A DNA stretch of 64,000 bases, from NCBI GenBank assembly GCA_051294905.1, contig CM119372.1, forward strand, positions 9,860,001 through 9,924,000, written 5' to 3'. The translations under genes were made by a program, and so were the position numbers. How positions within the stretch are numbered: position 1 is the first letter of the stretch; each line of letters begins with the position of its first letter. This document shows positions 27,342 to 39,929 of the stretch, one piece after another. This stretch comes from Botryllus schlosseri. Its lineage: Eukaryota. Under the pieces are notes generated by a model, which did no database searches, was not told the origin of the DNA, and saw only the letters and a program-made list of their open reading frames with translations.

Positions 27342-28855
27342 GCCATACACAAGACCATTTAGCAGTACGGCAATTTGGGTGTCGGCAATATTTTTATTCA
27401 GCATGCTCGTCATCGGGATGGCTTTGAACATTTTGACAATGTGCGTGATCCTCAAGTACAAAAAATTGAGGTTTGTTCAGCCACACTTGTCATACTCGAA
27501 CATCAAGAATGAAACCGAATCACGTGTATTTTTCAGGAATTTGTTCGTTTATTTTATTTTCTCCCTCTGCGTATCGGATCTGGTATCTGCATTGATAAGC
27601 CCGTTGTTTTGGTATCGGCGCACTGTGGGATTTGATCATTGGGCAGCTCCTGGATTCTTTTGCAAGGTATGGGCAAAGTATGCTGTACGTTTACATTCAG
27701 TCCATTTGACGAAAGTAGCCTTACGCGAAGTAATTGTTGATTCAGCTTTATTGGGCAGCAGACCTCATGACTTCTTTCGCCACCGCTTTGCATATCGTTT
27801 CTTTCGGGACGTTCCGACTTATATCGATACGGTACCCGCATTTCTTCACAACCATTTCAAACAAGATTGGAGTTGTGGGTGATACGTTATGATGTCAATT
27901 CGATCACAAGCCGGTAATATGACATATTTCATACATGCAGGTTTTGGTGATTATAATTTGGATAGTAAGTTTCACCTGCGGCTTTATACCTTACTTCGTG
28001 TGGTTCGGCGCGAGGAAGAGAGACCGCTATAGCGACTCACCGGATGCGAGATGGCCCGCTTGCACTATAAACATGGAATGGTATGTCGCCAGCATTAAAA
28101 ACATTATTTTTTATCGTACGCCCCCACAGGCAATACCTAAATCGTCCTGTGCAATTTCCGTCTGTCTGTCTTTTAAGTAGCCTAAGCTTGCCTGATAATA
28201 TCGGTTATGATTAGTGTGAACCAGGCCAATGAAGTGCATACGTATAATGACAATGGGTTTGTATACAATTCGTATTGATAATTATTTTTCCTTCGACAGG
28301 TATGGCCAGTATACTCTCTTCCAAAAAATAGCCTTCCCATTGTTTTTATATGTTCCCCTGGTCCTCGTCGTGATCATATCTGTGATCACCTGCGCTCAAG
28401 TATTCGCGGCAATACGTTCAACTGTTGTCACTTCCAAAACGAACAGGCAGAGATTGAAAGAAAGGCAGGCTGTCCTTCAGCTATCACTGATTGTCCTGTC
28501 ATTTTTGTTCGGATACATACCTTTCACGGGTGAGTTAGTACAATTCGAGCAAGTTGATGCATTACTGTGTGCAAGTTACAATGACGCATCCTTTTCAGCA
28601 TATGAATTCTGGTCGGTACAGGACCACGAACACACGGACTATATTCGGTCGTTTGACTACTACTTCGGCCTGATCGAGTACATTCTACTTCGATTATCCG
28701 AATGCATGAACCCGATATTCTATAATCTTGGATCTTCAAAAATGCGAAGGTATACTAGAAGGTTTGTGCGTGACCTGCTAGACAAGTTAACTGGGACCAA
28801 TGGAATCCGTACCCGAGTGCCTTCTGAAAGCCGAACAGAATCGATCCGAACGTAA
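27342..28855 (+). CDS. Rhodopsin-like 7TM GPCR, copy 2; exons 2-7 intact, first coding exon uncertain
   Basis: Exons 27342-27470, 27537-27666, 27746-27874 (TM3 GTFRLISI), 27941-28080, 28300-28529, 28599-28855 splice in frame with the same phases as copy 1; motifs GMALN, SLCVSD, WPACT, FGYIP, ECMNPIFY; candidate exon 1 at 26401 (MNLT...). Confidence 0.88.
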
Positions 28856-30489
28856 GGAAAGGAAATTCGTCGCAGCAATCGTCCGCGAAACCTGCCAATG
28901 TATAGATATTAAATATTGTTTTCTATTTTACCAGTAATAATGACAATGCTAGCCTATGTATTATATGGTTTGAAGAGGGCAGTGAAGCAGGTTGAGAATC
29001 AATTGACCACACCCTGAAAAGCGACTGCTTTCTTACGATATCAACAAATGCGATACAAGTTCACGAGGAAAGCCTGACAGTAATACATTTGAAATACCAT
29101 TGCAAATTTTCCGTCGACGATCTGCGTCATATGCTATTCTTTAACCAGTAAATGCAGTAGTCAATTGCATGCACAGTTTTTGTAGTGAATACCTTATTAT
29201 GCAGATATATAGCAGTGGTTCTCAAAGTATATGGGCCGCGAAGGGTACAAATTTCTCTCGCAACCGCACCAAAGCGATCGTTGAATCACATGTATGTGTG
29301 TGTATATTGAGTATATTTGAGTATCAGAGATTATCAAAATAGTCAGACTTGCTACTCAAGTAGAGGTAGAGGTAGCGCCATAAATTTCTACTCAAGCGTA
29401 GGGAGAGGTATAAATTATCAAGATCTATCAAAACTAGTACAAGTCGAAGTAGAAAATAAAAAACTTGAACCGTTCTCAAAGGGCGGATTTTTTTCGAGGG
29501 GTCGCGTAACAGGTATAATTAATCTGAGGTAGCAACTTACGAATTTGCAAGGTGTGTATTCGCGACGAATGTCAAATGACTGGCGACAAGACACTTATAG
29601 CAAGGTATTATAAAATCTTCAAAAAAGTATTCAGTTACCGAGATGCAGGGGCTATTTCACCCGGTTCTTGTGACAGTTTCCTAATATAAGTTATAAAAAC
29701 TTATCCTCAAACAACTTTCTACTTTTCAAAATACAAATTATAAAAAGTAAGTAGTTTAGCCCAGAAAACTACTAAAGTAGAAGTGAAAGATGTCTGAAAA
29801 CATAAACACTTTATTGAGAGTGCATGAACGAAAAAAAGTAAAAGTACTTCGGTACTGATCACCTCTAGATACTAATAGCCAATAAGTAATGCACGAAGCG
29901 AATTTGTTACTACAATAAGGCTTAGTCACGAAAATGTGACGATCCCTGTATTACACGATTCGGTTTAATGTCGCTAGCGGGTGTAATGTGGTCGCAGAGA
30001 AAAGCTATAAAAGTCCTGATCAACATTATAACAACATTTCACATGTTAAGGTCGCGCATCGTTTCTCCGTGCTTGTTTTTGTAAATTCAATTGCCAATTT
30101 CCAGAATCTAGGGGTCCGTGAGCTTGAAAATTTCCAATTAGTTCGTGACTTGAAAACGAATGGAAGCCATTGATGAGTGCATTGCGCACAATACAAAAGA
30201 GTCACGGATTTAAATACAATGAAGGATAAATTTCAGAGAAATCAACCTCACTTACTAAATGACTTTTTGATAATGAATGATGTTTCGTAGAATTGCAGAG
30301 CGTCGAACTGTTTGTCTGTGGATTTTTTTATTCCATATGTGCCATGGCCGTAGAACGAATAGACGTAGACGTAGACGTAGAATATTAACATTAGAATTGC
30401 ATTTCATTAGAGGTGTGAGGATTGGGTTGAAAGATGTTAATAAAATCAGATTTGAGTCGCGCCCTAAAGAGTTGGAGAACCACTACAAT

Positions 30490-31040
30490 CAGGGTTGTAA
30501 TGACTCGAGACACGATTTTCTGATGACTCGAGAGTCATTTTCTCAAAATACGGAAGTGACTCGACTCGACTCGAGTAAATCTGTGTATTGACTCGACTTG
30601 GACTCGAGTCATTGCACGTGACTCGAACCAAGTCATATGAATCGAGACTCAGGAGGCCAAGACTGACATTTCAATGTAATTTCGAAGAATAGTAAAATAA
30701 CCACACCATTGGAATTTCGTCTATTGGTACTGGTACTTGAAAATGCGACCAGAAATTGCCAAATGTGAGGAAAATTAGTTTATTATAAATGCGAACCATC
30801 CGATATCAGTTATAAAAAGTGGGTTTAACAAGACTTAACTGGAAACTGGGCAGTCAACACAATGAGTTGGACTTGGACTCGAGTCATAACACCACGACTC
30901 GGAATCGACCCTCTACTCGCTGACTTGGACTCGGACTTGACTCGGTGGTGAATTGAAAATGACTTGACTCGACTCGAGTCAAAACTATAAAAGAGAGATT
31001 GATTTGTGACTCGCGCCTTTTTTACTTAGTTACAACCCTG
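30490..31040. mobile_element. hAT-type MITE with GACTC/GAGTC subterminal repeats
   Basis: TIR CAGGGTTGTAA / TTACAACCCTG; 8-bp TSD ACTACAAT/GCTACAAT; absent from the paralogous site at ~44855. Confidence 0.88.
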
Positions 31041-31839
31041 GCTACAATACTGTACTGCTACTATACTCTATAATACTCTACTATACTATGGGCTGTACGT
31101 GTACAGTGTAGGCTACAAAAGGTACAGGCTTTATTGCTTTCACGAGTGATAGGAAATATCTCTGTAAATAGTTTTACAAATAAATTCGTGATATACGACC
31201 AACAGAATATTTATTTGACATTCGGAGAATATTTTATTCCTTGATTTCTATGTTAAATATATAATTATATATATATGCAAATAGCCTATGCATATACCTC
31301 GTAAATTTTGTCTCGTTTTATACTGGTGAGTGAGAGAACTACGAGGGAGAGTCGTATGCGTTTGGAAAGAAGAGAGAAAGGAACACAGCAGTAACAGTAA
31401 CCCATCAGGCTGAGGCTATGAGGGGAGGGTATACTGAGGTATTAACACATTCAAAACACGGAATACGTAATCCGGTTCGTATAATTTCGAATGCGAAGTG
31501 AAAATCTAAAAAAAACGCGTGAGCGAGCAAGTCCAAGCACTCATATGCATCTTGTAAAGTAGATATAAGTCGAACTTCCGATCGTACTGTTTCATTGCGG
31601 CGAGCAGGACCTCGATGATCTTGACTAGAAAGCCTGGTTTGAACCATAGCTCTCATTCAAGGGGATGGTGCACGGACTGCCCATTGCGCAATTCCACAAA
31701 AAGCATTGGTCCTTGGCCCCCGTAATAGCATGATCAATCGAGCTTCTGGGGATCTCACCTCACAGACGCCCCTTTCTACTTTCAAAATCGCAATAAGTAA
31801 ATGGCTAGTTTCCGTCACGGTTATGAGCCGGATATACGG

Positions 31840-33095
31840 TAGGGTTGGATTATCCGGATAACGGTTAATCGCAGGGTTTTTTATTATCTGATATCCGAAT
31901 ATAATTCTGACGGTTAACCGGAGAAAAGAGTATCGTTGCTAATGCGTTTTACACTTTTTAGTAAGCTTCATTAAGTCGTATTATCGGTGATGCGCGCGAC
32001 CATTTAGCGAGAGGCATGTTGCCAATTAGCGAGACACCTCAGTACCTGCACAATGTAACGCGACACGATCTACCGCTGAGAAGATCACCAAATTAGGTCA
32101 TTGATTGCCGCATGCTCGGCTATCGTCACTGGCCTGATTATCGCGTCTTCAACAAGCTTATATAGTTCCGCTGGCTAGAAGAATCGCATCTCCAAAAGGC
32201 CCTGTGTAGCGTGCACACTATCCATTGCTGGCCTGCACAATCGCATCTGCATTGGCTTGCTGCCCATGATATTATCGCTGGCTTACACAATCGCATCCGC
32301 AATAGGCCTGGTACGAAAGATATCATCGCTGGCCTAACCATCGCGCCTCGGGCCTAGCATGCGTTGGCTCCTATCTCTCGATGGCTTGGAGACAATATGC
32401 CGTTAAGTGTATGTTGATTAGCGATTGTGATTAAAGAGTGGCATCGCAAAACTGAATGATATCGAATGTTCGCAAACATATGCGTGCGTGCAAGCGTAAT
32501 CGATTTCCGCTGATACTCAATGCGAAAAAAAATCGAAACCACCTCATTTCATTTCAAACATCCCCCTTATTTTTCGGCTGGCTACGCGCCTGATCACGTG
32601 AATTCCAGTATCAGCTACCCGTCCTTCCAGTACTCCAAACCTAAATAGAATGAAAGTAAAAAAGGAATGTCTTTGAAGCTTCCGCGAAACGACCTGCCAA
32701 CCTTTAGACTCTCTACGAAGCGCTGTTTACAATTCAGCCCACTCCTGTGAAAGCAGAAAGAGCATTCAATGCATGTGGACTCTTTGTTACAAAACTCTGG
32801 ACCCGGCTACAGGATGCCACAATTGATTCATTGTGCTTTATAAGTAAGGCATTGCAGAAGCAGTGATTATTAAATTTGCGTGATTTTTCTCTTGTTCGCT
32901 CGTACTGCGCGTGTACGTATAGATCTATAATGACACTATGTAATGATTTTGCGATCCATTTTTCATGCAAACCTCGTAAAATCGATTGTCTCATTTAGCA
33001 GTTATTATCCGGTTAACCGGTTAGATAAATTCCTAATATACGGATATATCCGTTATCCGGATAGTGAAGATTATTTATATCTGAACTAAACCCTA
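31840..33095. mobile_element. hAT-type non-autonomous element with TATCCGG/CCGGATA subterminal repeats
   Basis: Termini TAGGGTT / AACCCTA; TSD ATATACGG/GTGTACGG; absent from the paralogous site at ~45675. Confidence 0.75.
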
Positions 33096-33802
33096 GTGTA
33101 CGGGTTGGAGCAGCGGTTCTCAACTAGACTGCCACGAAAAAATGTTGTCATGATGGTTGTTGCCGATTTATCAAAATTTAGGCACATCCAAATCAGACAT
33201 GGGGTAATCGCGATTAGTAATCGTAATCGATTACGACGATTACAGCATTTTCAAGTAATCGTAATCGCAATCGATTACATTCGAAAAAATTCCGAAGTAA
33301 TCGTAATCGACTACTTCCCATATCTAATCGATTTCTTTGTGAAAGAACGATTACTTTTTATTTGTACAAGGACTATGACATAAACTGAACATTCGTGAAC
33401 AAGGAAGATGTATCATACCAGGTTCATGATAACACAAACGTCTGATTTTTAAATGCCATTGCTCATTATTACGTCAGAAGTGGCCTACTAGCTTTGCTAG
33501 TCATTGCGTATAAGAAGTATCCTCAGTAAATAGATATTCGATGTACGTCACGTACATTCGCGTGTTTGTAAGAACACCCGCCGTGCTGTATATCAGGTTA
33601 TCAACCCGTTCCACACGCCAGTACCCCGGAGCAACAATGCAGCGGTGAGCTTCGTCGAGGACGGACGTGCAGCAATCAAGGAGATTAGCATCCTCGCGAA
33701 CACGAAGGAGATTGGTCTGGGAGACTTCGTATCAGGTGTGGTCGTTCTATTTTTGTCTTGCTTGTATATGTATAGTAATACTGCAGTAGATAGGGAGCCT
33801 TA

Positions 33803-35125
33803 ATGTCAGGAAAAAACGGGGCGCATAAGCGCTCCGCTGAAGAGGAACTCTCTGGTCCTGCTTCTAAAGAGGCTGCATCTAGTAATTCGGTCGGTGGAAA
33901 TCAATCGGTCATAGTGACAGGTTTGACTAAACAGCTTCGCTCTTATAATCCTATTCTTGTCAACAAAGGCCTTCATCAAGTACTAGGTGGTGCATATAAG
34001 GAGGTCAGGATACTTCCATCCGGAGATTTGAGCGTATTGTGTAACAACTACGACCAGGTGACAAGACTTTTGGCTTGCAATAACCTTGGCACTGCGGCAA
34101 AACCAATAGAAGTCAAAACTGAATTATACAAGACGAAAACCCCAGAAGTACGTGCTGTCATAACTGATGTACCTCTAGACTTATCCGATAACGATATTAA
34201 AGAGGAACTATCTAACCAAAATGTTGTATTTGTTCGTCGGTTCTCATACAAATCAAATGGTGATACAGTACCGAGTCGATCCGTTTTGATCTGTTTCGCG
34301 TCAACAATCATTCCTACCGTGGTCAAAATCGGGTTCATGCTCTTTCGTACCAGGACATACAACCCGCCGCCTTTAAGATGTTTCAATTGTAATCGGTTTG
34401 GTCACAGATCAAAATTTTGCCGAAGTGCTTACAGATGTACCAAGTGTGGAGATCGTCATAATTACAAAGATTGTACTAATATACCTAGGTGCGTCAACTG
34501 TGGTGAACCTCATTCTGCGGGCTACGGAGGTTGTAAGCGATACAGACAGGAAAGTCAGATCAACGCGCTAGCAGCTAATCAAGGAATCAATTATTGGGAA
34601 GCCAGAAAACAGATCATGCAAAACTCGGCACCTCCTGATGTAAGGTCGTATAACGAATTCCCAGTCTTGGCACCTTCGCCGACATATATTCATCCGCAAA
34701 TGAACATTCCGACACGCAACGCTAACGTAACGCCGGACAGTAACACTTTCGTGTCCCAATTAGGACACAGCCAGGTCACGACAACTCCTTCACAATCCAA
34801 CAGCAATCCAGAACAAATCACAATAGCCACATCAGATTTCTTACTATTTATTGGAGAAGTTATAAAAAACGCATTGATGTGTGTGACGGAAAAGAGACAA
34901 ATCGACATCGAAGCAATCGTAACACAGTCTGCAAAATCAAAACTAGGCGTTTCCATACTCAACTCTTCCAATGCCGTCGCTGAACGACACGCGAACGAAG
35001 TTGACTCAGCAGTTACCACCATCACGACTGCAGTAGAAAATACTTCACCCATGAACCTAACACATCGTGAAATCGGGATGGACCTAACGCAACGAGACTT
35101 TACCCACCAAAATTCGAAAAGTTGA
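33803..35125 (+). CDS. LINE ORF1 gag-like nucleic-acid-binding protein with three CCHC zinc knuckles
   Basis: 440-aa ORF; CFNCNRFGHRSKFC, CTKCGDRHNYKDC, CVNCGEPHSAGYGGC. Confidence 0.92.
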   Translation: MSGKNGAHKRSAEEELSGPASKEAASSNSVGGNQSVIVTGLTKQLRSYNPILVNKGLHQVLGGAYKEVRILPSGDLSVLCNNYDQVTRLLACNNLGTAAKPIEVKTELYKTKTPEVRAVITDVPLDLSDNDIKEELSNQNVVFVRRFSYKSNGDTVPSRSVLICFASTIIPTVVKIGFMLFRTRTYNPPPLRCFNCNRFGHRSKFCRSAYRCTKCGDRHNYKDCTNIPRCVNCGEPHSAGYGGCKRYRQESQINALAANQGINYWEARKQIMQNSAPPDVRSYNEFPVLAPSPTYIHPQMNIPTRNANVTPDSNTFVSQLGHSQVTTTPSQSNSNPEQITIATSDFLLFIGEVIKNALMCVTEKRQIDIEAIVTQSAKSKLGVSILNSSNAVAERHANEVDSAVTTITTAVENTSPMNLTHREIGMDLTQRDFTHQNSKS

Positions 35126-35130
35126 AAATC

Positions 35131-38100
35131 ATGCAATGGAACTGCCGCGGGATTTACCGAAAATTGAACGAGCTGAAAAAATATGTTTTAGACATGCCTG
35201 CGAAACCAGATCTGATTGCCCTGCAGGAGACGCATCTTATCACTAAATATTCACCGAAAATTCACGGATACACCCTATTAAGAAAAGATCGAAACATACA
35301 CGGCGGTGGCATATGCTTTTTTATTAGAAACGGTATACCTTACGTTGAATTACCAATAGAACAGATAAGCCCAATGGAGGCACAAGCGCTCAACATCCAA
35401 GGTCTAACAATCATGAACGTCTATATCCCTCCGAATAGGAACATCTCTCGCTCGTTGATGCATAGATGCTTCAACTACCTCGGTTCCAAATTTATATTAG
35501 TCGGGGATTTCAATGCCCACCATCCTCTCTGGGGAAGCAACTCTATGAACACGTGTGGAAGACATCTCCATTACTTCATCGATATCAACGATATGGTCGT
35601 GTTAAACACAACGTCGCCAACTAGAATAGACCTATCTCTTCCGAACCCGGGTCGCACCTCAGTATTGGATCTAGTCATGACCTCAAAATGCCTGGCGGCG
35701 AAAGTAACTACCGAAGTCACGGAAAATCTATTTGGCAGCGACCATTACGTGATCTTGAGTCATCTTGATCACGCGATCAGCGTTGCAGATGATTTCCACA
35801 GGTCTTGGTCGCTGAAGAAAGCAAATTGGGACAATTTCAGTCAAATGTGTGAACAAATGTTGATCTCCGAAAGAGAAGAGCCCCCAACTTCGATTGAAGC
35901 ACTTTCGCGATCCATAATAGCAGCAGCAAACGCTAGCATCCCGCTAACCAAACCCTTTAGAAAACCAAGCGTTCCCTGGTGGAACTCGGAGTGCTGTAAA
36001 GCAGTCAGGCTAAAACGGGCAGCGTTCCTTAAAATGAAGCGTACATTCGATATTCACGATGTCGTAAACTTCAAACGTCGCCGCGCCGCCACTAGAAAGA
36101 CCATCCAAATCGCCAAAAGAAACTATTGGCAGTCGTTTTGCAGCTCACTCGATCGAACCGCTAGTGTATCAAAGATCTGGCACGTTATTCGAGCGATGTC
36201 AGGAAATCGGACTTGGAACAACATCAACTCACTCAAATGCGGTCGTGATGTAGCTACTGACAGGAAACAAATAGCTAACGAGCTCGCTAGTCACTTTGCC
36301 TCAGTTAGTGGAAATCGACATTTGGAAGAGTCGTTTAAGACCAGACGAGCAACGTTCGAATCTGAGAATCTACCATCGATTCTACAAGAAACTACGCATA
36401 ACAATGAATTTAATTCGCCCTTCTCAATGGAGGAACTAATGAGGGTTGTGCGTCAGCGAAAGGGTGCTGCACCCGGAAGTGATAAAATCTGTCACGCAAT
36501 GATAAAGCATCTTTCTCCACCGTGCATGCGTATACTGTTGCAAGCACTGAACAACATTTGGTCTGATGGAGAGTGTCCACCATCATGGAAGCACTCCTTA
36601 GTGGTCCCGATACTAAAAAAAGGCAAAATAGCGACCGAAGCAGCCTCGTATAGACCTATCTCACTTACAAGCGATATGTGCAAAATTATGGAACGCTTGA
36701 TATGCAATCGGTTATGGTGGTGGCTGGAAACTAACAACCTCCTGCACCCTGCCCAGTGCGGCTTTCGACCCCGCAGATCGACCAGAGACTGCATTATCTC
36801 TTTACATGATGAAGTTTATAAGGCCGTTTCGAACAAGAGATATACCCTAGCGGTATTTTTAGATTTGGAAAAAGCCTATGACAGGGTATGGCAGGGAGCA
36901 ATAGTGTATAAACTCCATAGTCTTGGTATTCGCGGTAGTTCGTTACGTTGGTTGAACTCCTTCCTTAAACATCGCTCATTTCAAGTCAGAAATTTAGGTC
37001 AGCTGTCTGATACTTTCCATACGACAAATGGCACACCACAAGGAAGTATTTTAAGCCCAGTTTTGTTTGCAATTATGATGAATGACTTACCCGTAGAAGC
37101 CACTTGTCATGTCAACCTATACGCAGACGATATATGTATTTACGATTCAAACTTGAATGCGTTGGACCTCCAGCAAAATATACAGCACTCCTTGAATAAG
37201 GTTGCTAATTGGTGTAAAAAGTGGGGATTGAAAATAAACTTGAGCAAATCGGCTGCCATGCTATTCACGAGACGGCGCAAGCCCGCAAATTTTGAGCTAT
37301 CTCTCGATGGGTCGCGGATCCCGTTCGAAAGAGAATTCCGGTATCTTGGCATCACGTTTGATTCTAGACTTACCTATCGGCAACACTCCCGTCAAGTAGC
37401 TGAAAAATGTAGCAAGCGCCTGAATATTCTACGGTGTCTGCGAGGCACATCCTGGGGTGCGTCTACGTCATGCATGATATTACTTTATAGAGCCATTATT
37501 CGCTCCATAATGGAATATGGATTCGAGGCATATTTTATAGCACCGAAGTATGTCAGTCAAACCATACAGAAGATACAAAACTCTGCCCTAAGGCTCTGTA
37601 GTGGGGCAATGATTAGCACCCCAACGATCGCGCTACAGACTTTTTGTAACGAATTACCGATACATCTCCGGCACCTGCAAGCATGCGCCGCATACCGGTG
37701 CACAATATTGTGCCAACCTAGACACCATTGCTTATCGGTAACACAACACTCCTGGCACGAAATTTTTCCAGACTCGGAAAATTTCAAGACTTTCAATATG
37801 ATATCTAATATAGACCCGCTCAGAAACATAAAACTCACCCGAATTCAACCCGCTTCTGTGCCCCCATGGATTCCTTTGAAAATTTCAGTAGACCTAAGTC
37901 TTGGCTCTAAGACCTTGAACATTGAACACCCCGATGCGATCAGAATTGAGTGCGAGGAGTATATGTCTACCCGCTACAATCATCATTTGGCTATATATAC
38001 TGACGGTTCAAAAACTGACCAGGGATGCGGTGCCAGTTACTACATCCCAACTCTTGGTGTCTCTTTCAATCTTTCCTTGAGTAGTTTAAAAAGTGTGTAC

Positions 38101-38835
38101 TCTGCAGAGCTTATCGCCATCAAGGAAAGCCTGTTGTGGGTATGCAATAACTGCCCATCAAACTCAAATATTGCCATTTTTACAGACAGTCAAAGTGCGA
38201 CCAAAGCCATCGAACAAAGACTCAACGAAGGCAACATGGTTATCGATGACATCATCCAGTGTATTGCTCGCCTCTCGTCAAGCGGCAGCCGCACAACAAT
38301 TATATGGATCCCGGCTCACAAAGGAATAGTAAACAACGAAGTGGCGGATAGGCTTGCTAAAGCTGCAGCGAACATTGTCAACAATGGGATGGAAGAGATT
38401 TCGCTGACGCTTAGCGAATGCAAATCCATGATATCAGACTTCTGTCGCACAAAATGGAAAAAGGAGATACGGGATCAGGAATCAAGCTCCAGATATGTTC
38501 GCCTGGTGAATTTGGTCGGTGCAACCTCCCAGCTACACGAACTGACTCAGCGTGAAAACTCTATCCTTATTCGGCTTCAAACAGGTCACTGTCGACTAAA
38601 TGCACACCTGCACCGAATTGGCCAGCATGACAGTGGTCTCTGTGAACGATGCCACGTGCCCGAAACGTTAGAACACTTCATATTTACATGCACGCGTTAC
38701 CGATCACAAAGAGGTTACCTACTCGGTAGGTGTAATCTACAACAACTTCCAACGGACCTTCACGTACTACTGAACAATCCTATAATGGTACATCCAATAA
38801 TAGATTATGTGATATTGACCGGAAGGGGAATATAA
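35131..38835 (+). CDS. LINE ORF2: AP endonuclease - reverse transcriptase - RNase H - C-terminal zinc finger
   Basis: APE motifs QWNCRG, LQETH, GDFNAHH, SDH; RT motifs YRPISL, FLDLEKAYD, GTPQGSILSP, YADD; RNase H YTDGS, FTDS, WIPAHKG..NEVAD; CERC..H....C. First ATG at 35131 (the ORF track starts at TTG 35122). Confidence 0.95.
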   Translation: MQWNCRGIYRKLNELKKYVLDMPAKPDLIALQETHLITKYSPKIHGYTLLRKDRNIHGGGICFFIRNGIPYVELPIEQISPMEAQALNIQGLTIMNVYIPPNRNISRSLMHRCFNYLGSKFILVGDFNAHHPLWGSNSMNTCGRHLHYFIDINDMVVLNTTSPTRIDLSLPNPGRTSVLDLVMTSKCLAAKVTTEVTENLFGSDHYVILSHLDHAISVADDFHRSWSLKKANWDNFSQMCEQMLISEREEPPTSIEALSRSIIAAANASIPLTKPFRKPSVPWWNSECCKAVRLKRAAFLKMKRTFDIHDVVNFKRRRAATRKTIQIAKRNYWQSFCSSLDRTASVSKIWHVIRAMSGNRTWNNINSLKCGRDVATDRKQIANELASHFASVSGNRHLEESFKTRRATFESENLPSILQETTHNNEFNSPFSMEELMRVVRQRKGAAPGSDKICHAMIKHLSPPCMRILLQALNNIWSDGECPPSWKHSLVVPILKKGKIATEAASYRPISLTSDMCKIMERLICNRLWWWLETNNLLHPAQCGFRPRRSTRDCIISLHDEVYKAVSNKRYTLAVFLDLEKAYDRVWQGAIVYKLHSLGIRGSSLRWLNSFLKHRSFQVRNLGQLSDTFHTTNGTPQGSILSPVLFAIMMNDLPVEATCHVNLYADDICIYDSNLNALDLQQNIQHSLNKVANWCKKWGLKINLSKSAAMLFTRRRKPANFELSLDGSRIPFEREFRYLGITFDSRLTYRQHSRQVAEKCSKRLNILRCLRGTSWGASTSCMILLYRAIIRSIMEYGFEAYFIAPKYVSQTIQKIQNSALRLCSGAMISTPTIALQTFCNELPIHLRHLQACAAYRCTILCQPRHHCLSVTQHSWHEIFPDSENFKTFNMISNIDPLRNIKLTRIQPASVPPWIPLKISVDLSLGSKTLNIEHPDAIRIECEEYMSTRYNHHLAIYTDGSKTDQGCGASYYIPTLGVSFNLSLSSLKSVYSAELIAIKESLLWVCNNCPSNSNIAIFTDSQSATKAIEQRLNEGNMVIDDIIQCIARLSSSGSRTTIIWIPAHKGIVNNEVADRLAKAAANIVNNGMEEISLTLSECKSMISDFCRTKWKKEIRDQESSSRYVRLVNLVGATSQLHELTQRENSILIRLQTGHCRLNAHLHRIGQHDSGLCERCHVPETLEHFIFTCTRYRSQRGYLLGRCNLQQLPTDLHVLLNNPIMVHPIIDYVILTGRGI

Positions 38836-39929
38836 CTCCCAATCAACCCTCCCACTCAGGCCTGGCGCACAAAGCCCTAGTTGCTGAGCGCCATAATAAC
38901 CCATACCCACCCACCCACCCCGGAGCAGGATAATTAATCACCACTCTATCAAGTAACTTGTGTATTGATGTTTGGTTATGCAAACGCAGTTTGACCGTTG
39001 CTGCTTGGCGAGCAGTAGGCCTATGTAGTACGCACGTACACCGGACAGAGATTTGAAATTTTGTACTCGTCAAATATAACATTACGGTTTCCACAACGAC
39101 GCAATAAAAATCAACGGTTGCTGATATATATCACAACCGAGCCGTTTTTGCCGTTTCTCGTAGCGGCAGCTTGCCGTACATTATCTGTATTAAGATGAAG
39201 GCAGAATATTATGTTCTCTTCATCTTATTCTCATATTACTCTACTTGAAACATGCGCTAATCGTTATTTCATAATTCTTTACTCAACATTGGGACCTGCC
39301 GCCATAGCCATGGGCTTATATATCAGGGCAAAAACAGCTATTCGTCCCCCAGTCCAAACGTTAGTCTTTGGCCCCCATAGGGTGATCATTTCAAGTTGAA
39401 GACTGAATTTCGTCAATACCATTGGTAATCGCATTACATTATTATTAATTTTTATTTCTCCCTCTCTCTCTTTCTCACTCTGTCTGCCCCCGATGGTCAG
39501 GTTTACCTGTAGAGCTGGGGGCACGTAATACATAATTATAACGTCTGTTATCTTGTCATAATTACTTTAGTGAATGTAGTTAATTCGTGATTTCCGGTAT
39601 GTTATCTAATCAAAAGATTTTGTTGTAACCCTAACGTAGCAGACTAAAAGAAAAACTTTCGTGAGACGCACACACAAATTGTCATGTCTTTAATGCTCTG
39701 TGGGTGTCCGGGTGGCATTTGCATTGTTGGCTCCGATTGGAAGGACTGGACTATAGTAGTCACGCCCACCCAGCGCGGCTATTGACAATGGCCACATACC
39801 CTCAGTTTCGGCTACGGTCTTTCTTTAGTAGCACACTTCGTGACGTCACGTGTTGGTCGAAATTGCATATGTCTTTTGGTGTGTCGTGGCACGGTATTGA
39901 CTGGAACCTAAATGCCTATTGCTATAAAT

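Larger units (their letters stand above)
33634..38916 (+). mobile_element. Full-length, apparently intact non-LTR retrotransposon of the I group (Nimb/I-like, RNase H-containing)
   Basis: Two open ORFs, 5' UTR, 3' stem-loop, (ACCC)n tail, 11-bp TSD ACCCCGGAGCA (33623-33633, 38917-38927). Confidence 0.93.

Noticed and set aside
27379..27882. ORF-track proteins (167 aa, 208 aa, 191 aa etc.) as stand-alone genes
   Set aside because: They read through introns of the spliced GPCR genes
32129..32350. CRISPR-like repeat/spacer look
   Set aside because: Repeats are degenerate, spacers partly similar, no cas genes, and it lies inside a eukaryotic MITE
34048..37838. Antisense and alternative-frame ORFs within the LINE (likewise in the Gypsy element and second LINE)
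   Set aside because: Shadow ORFs of long coding sequences with no motifs of their own
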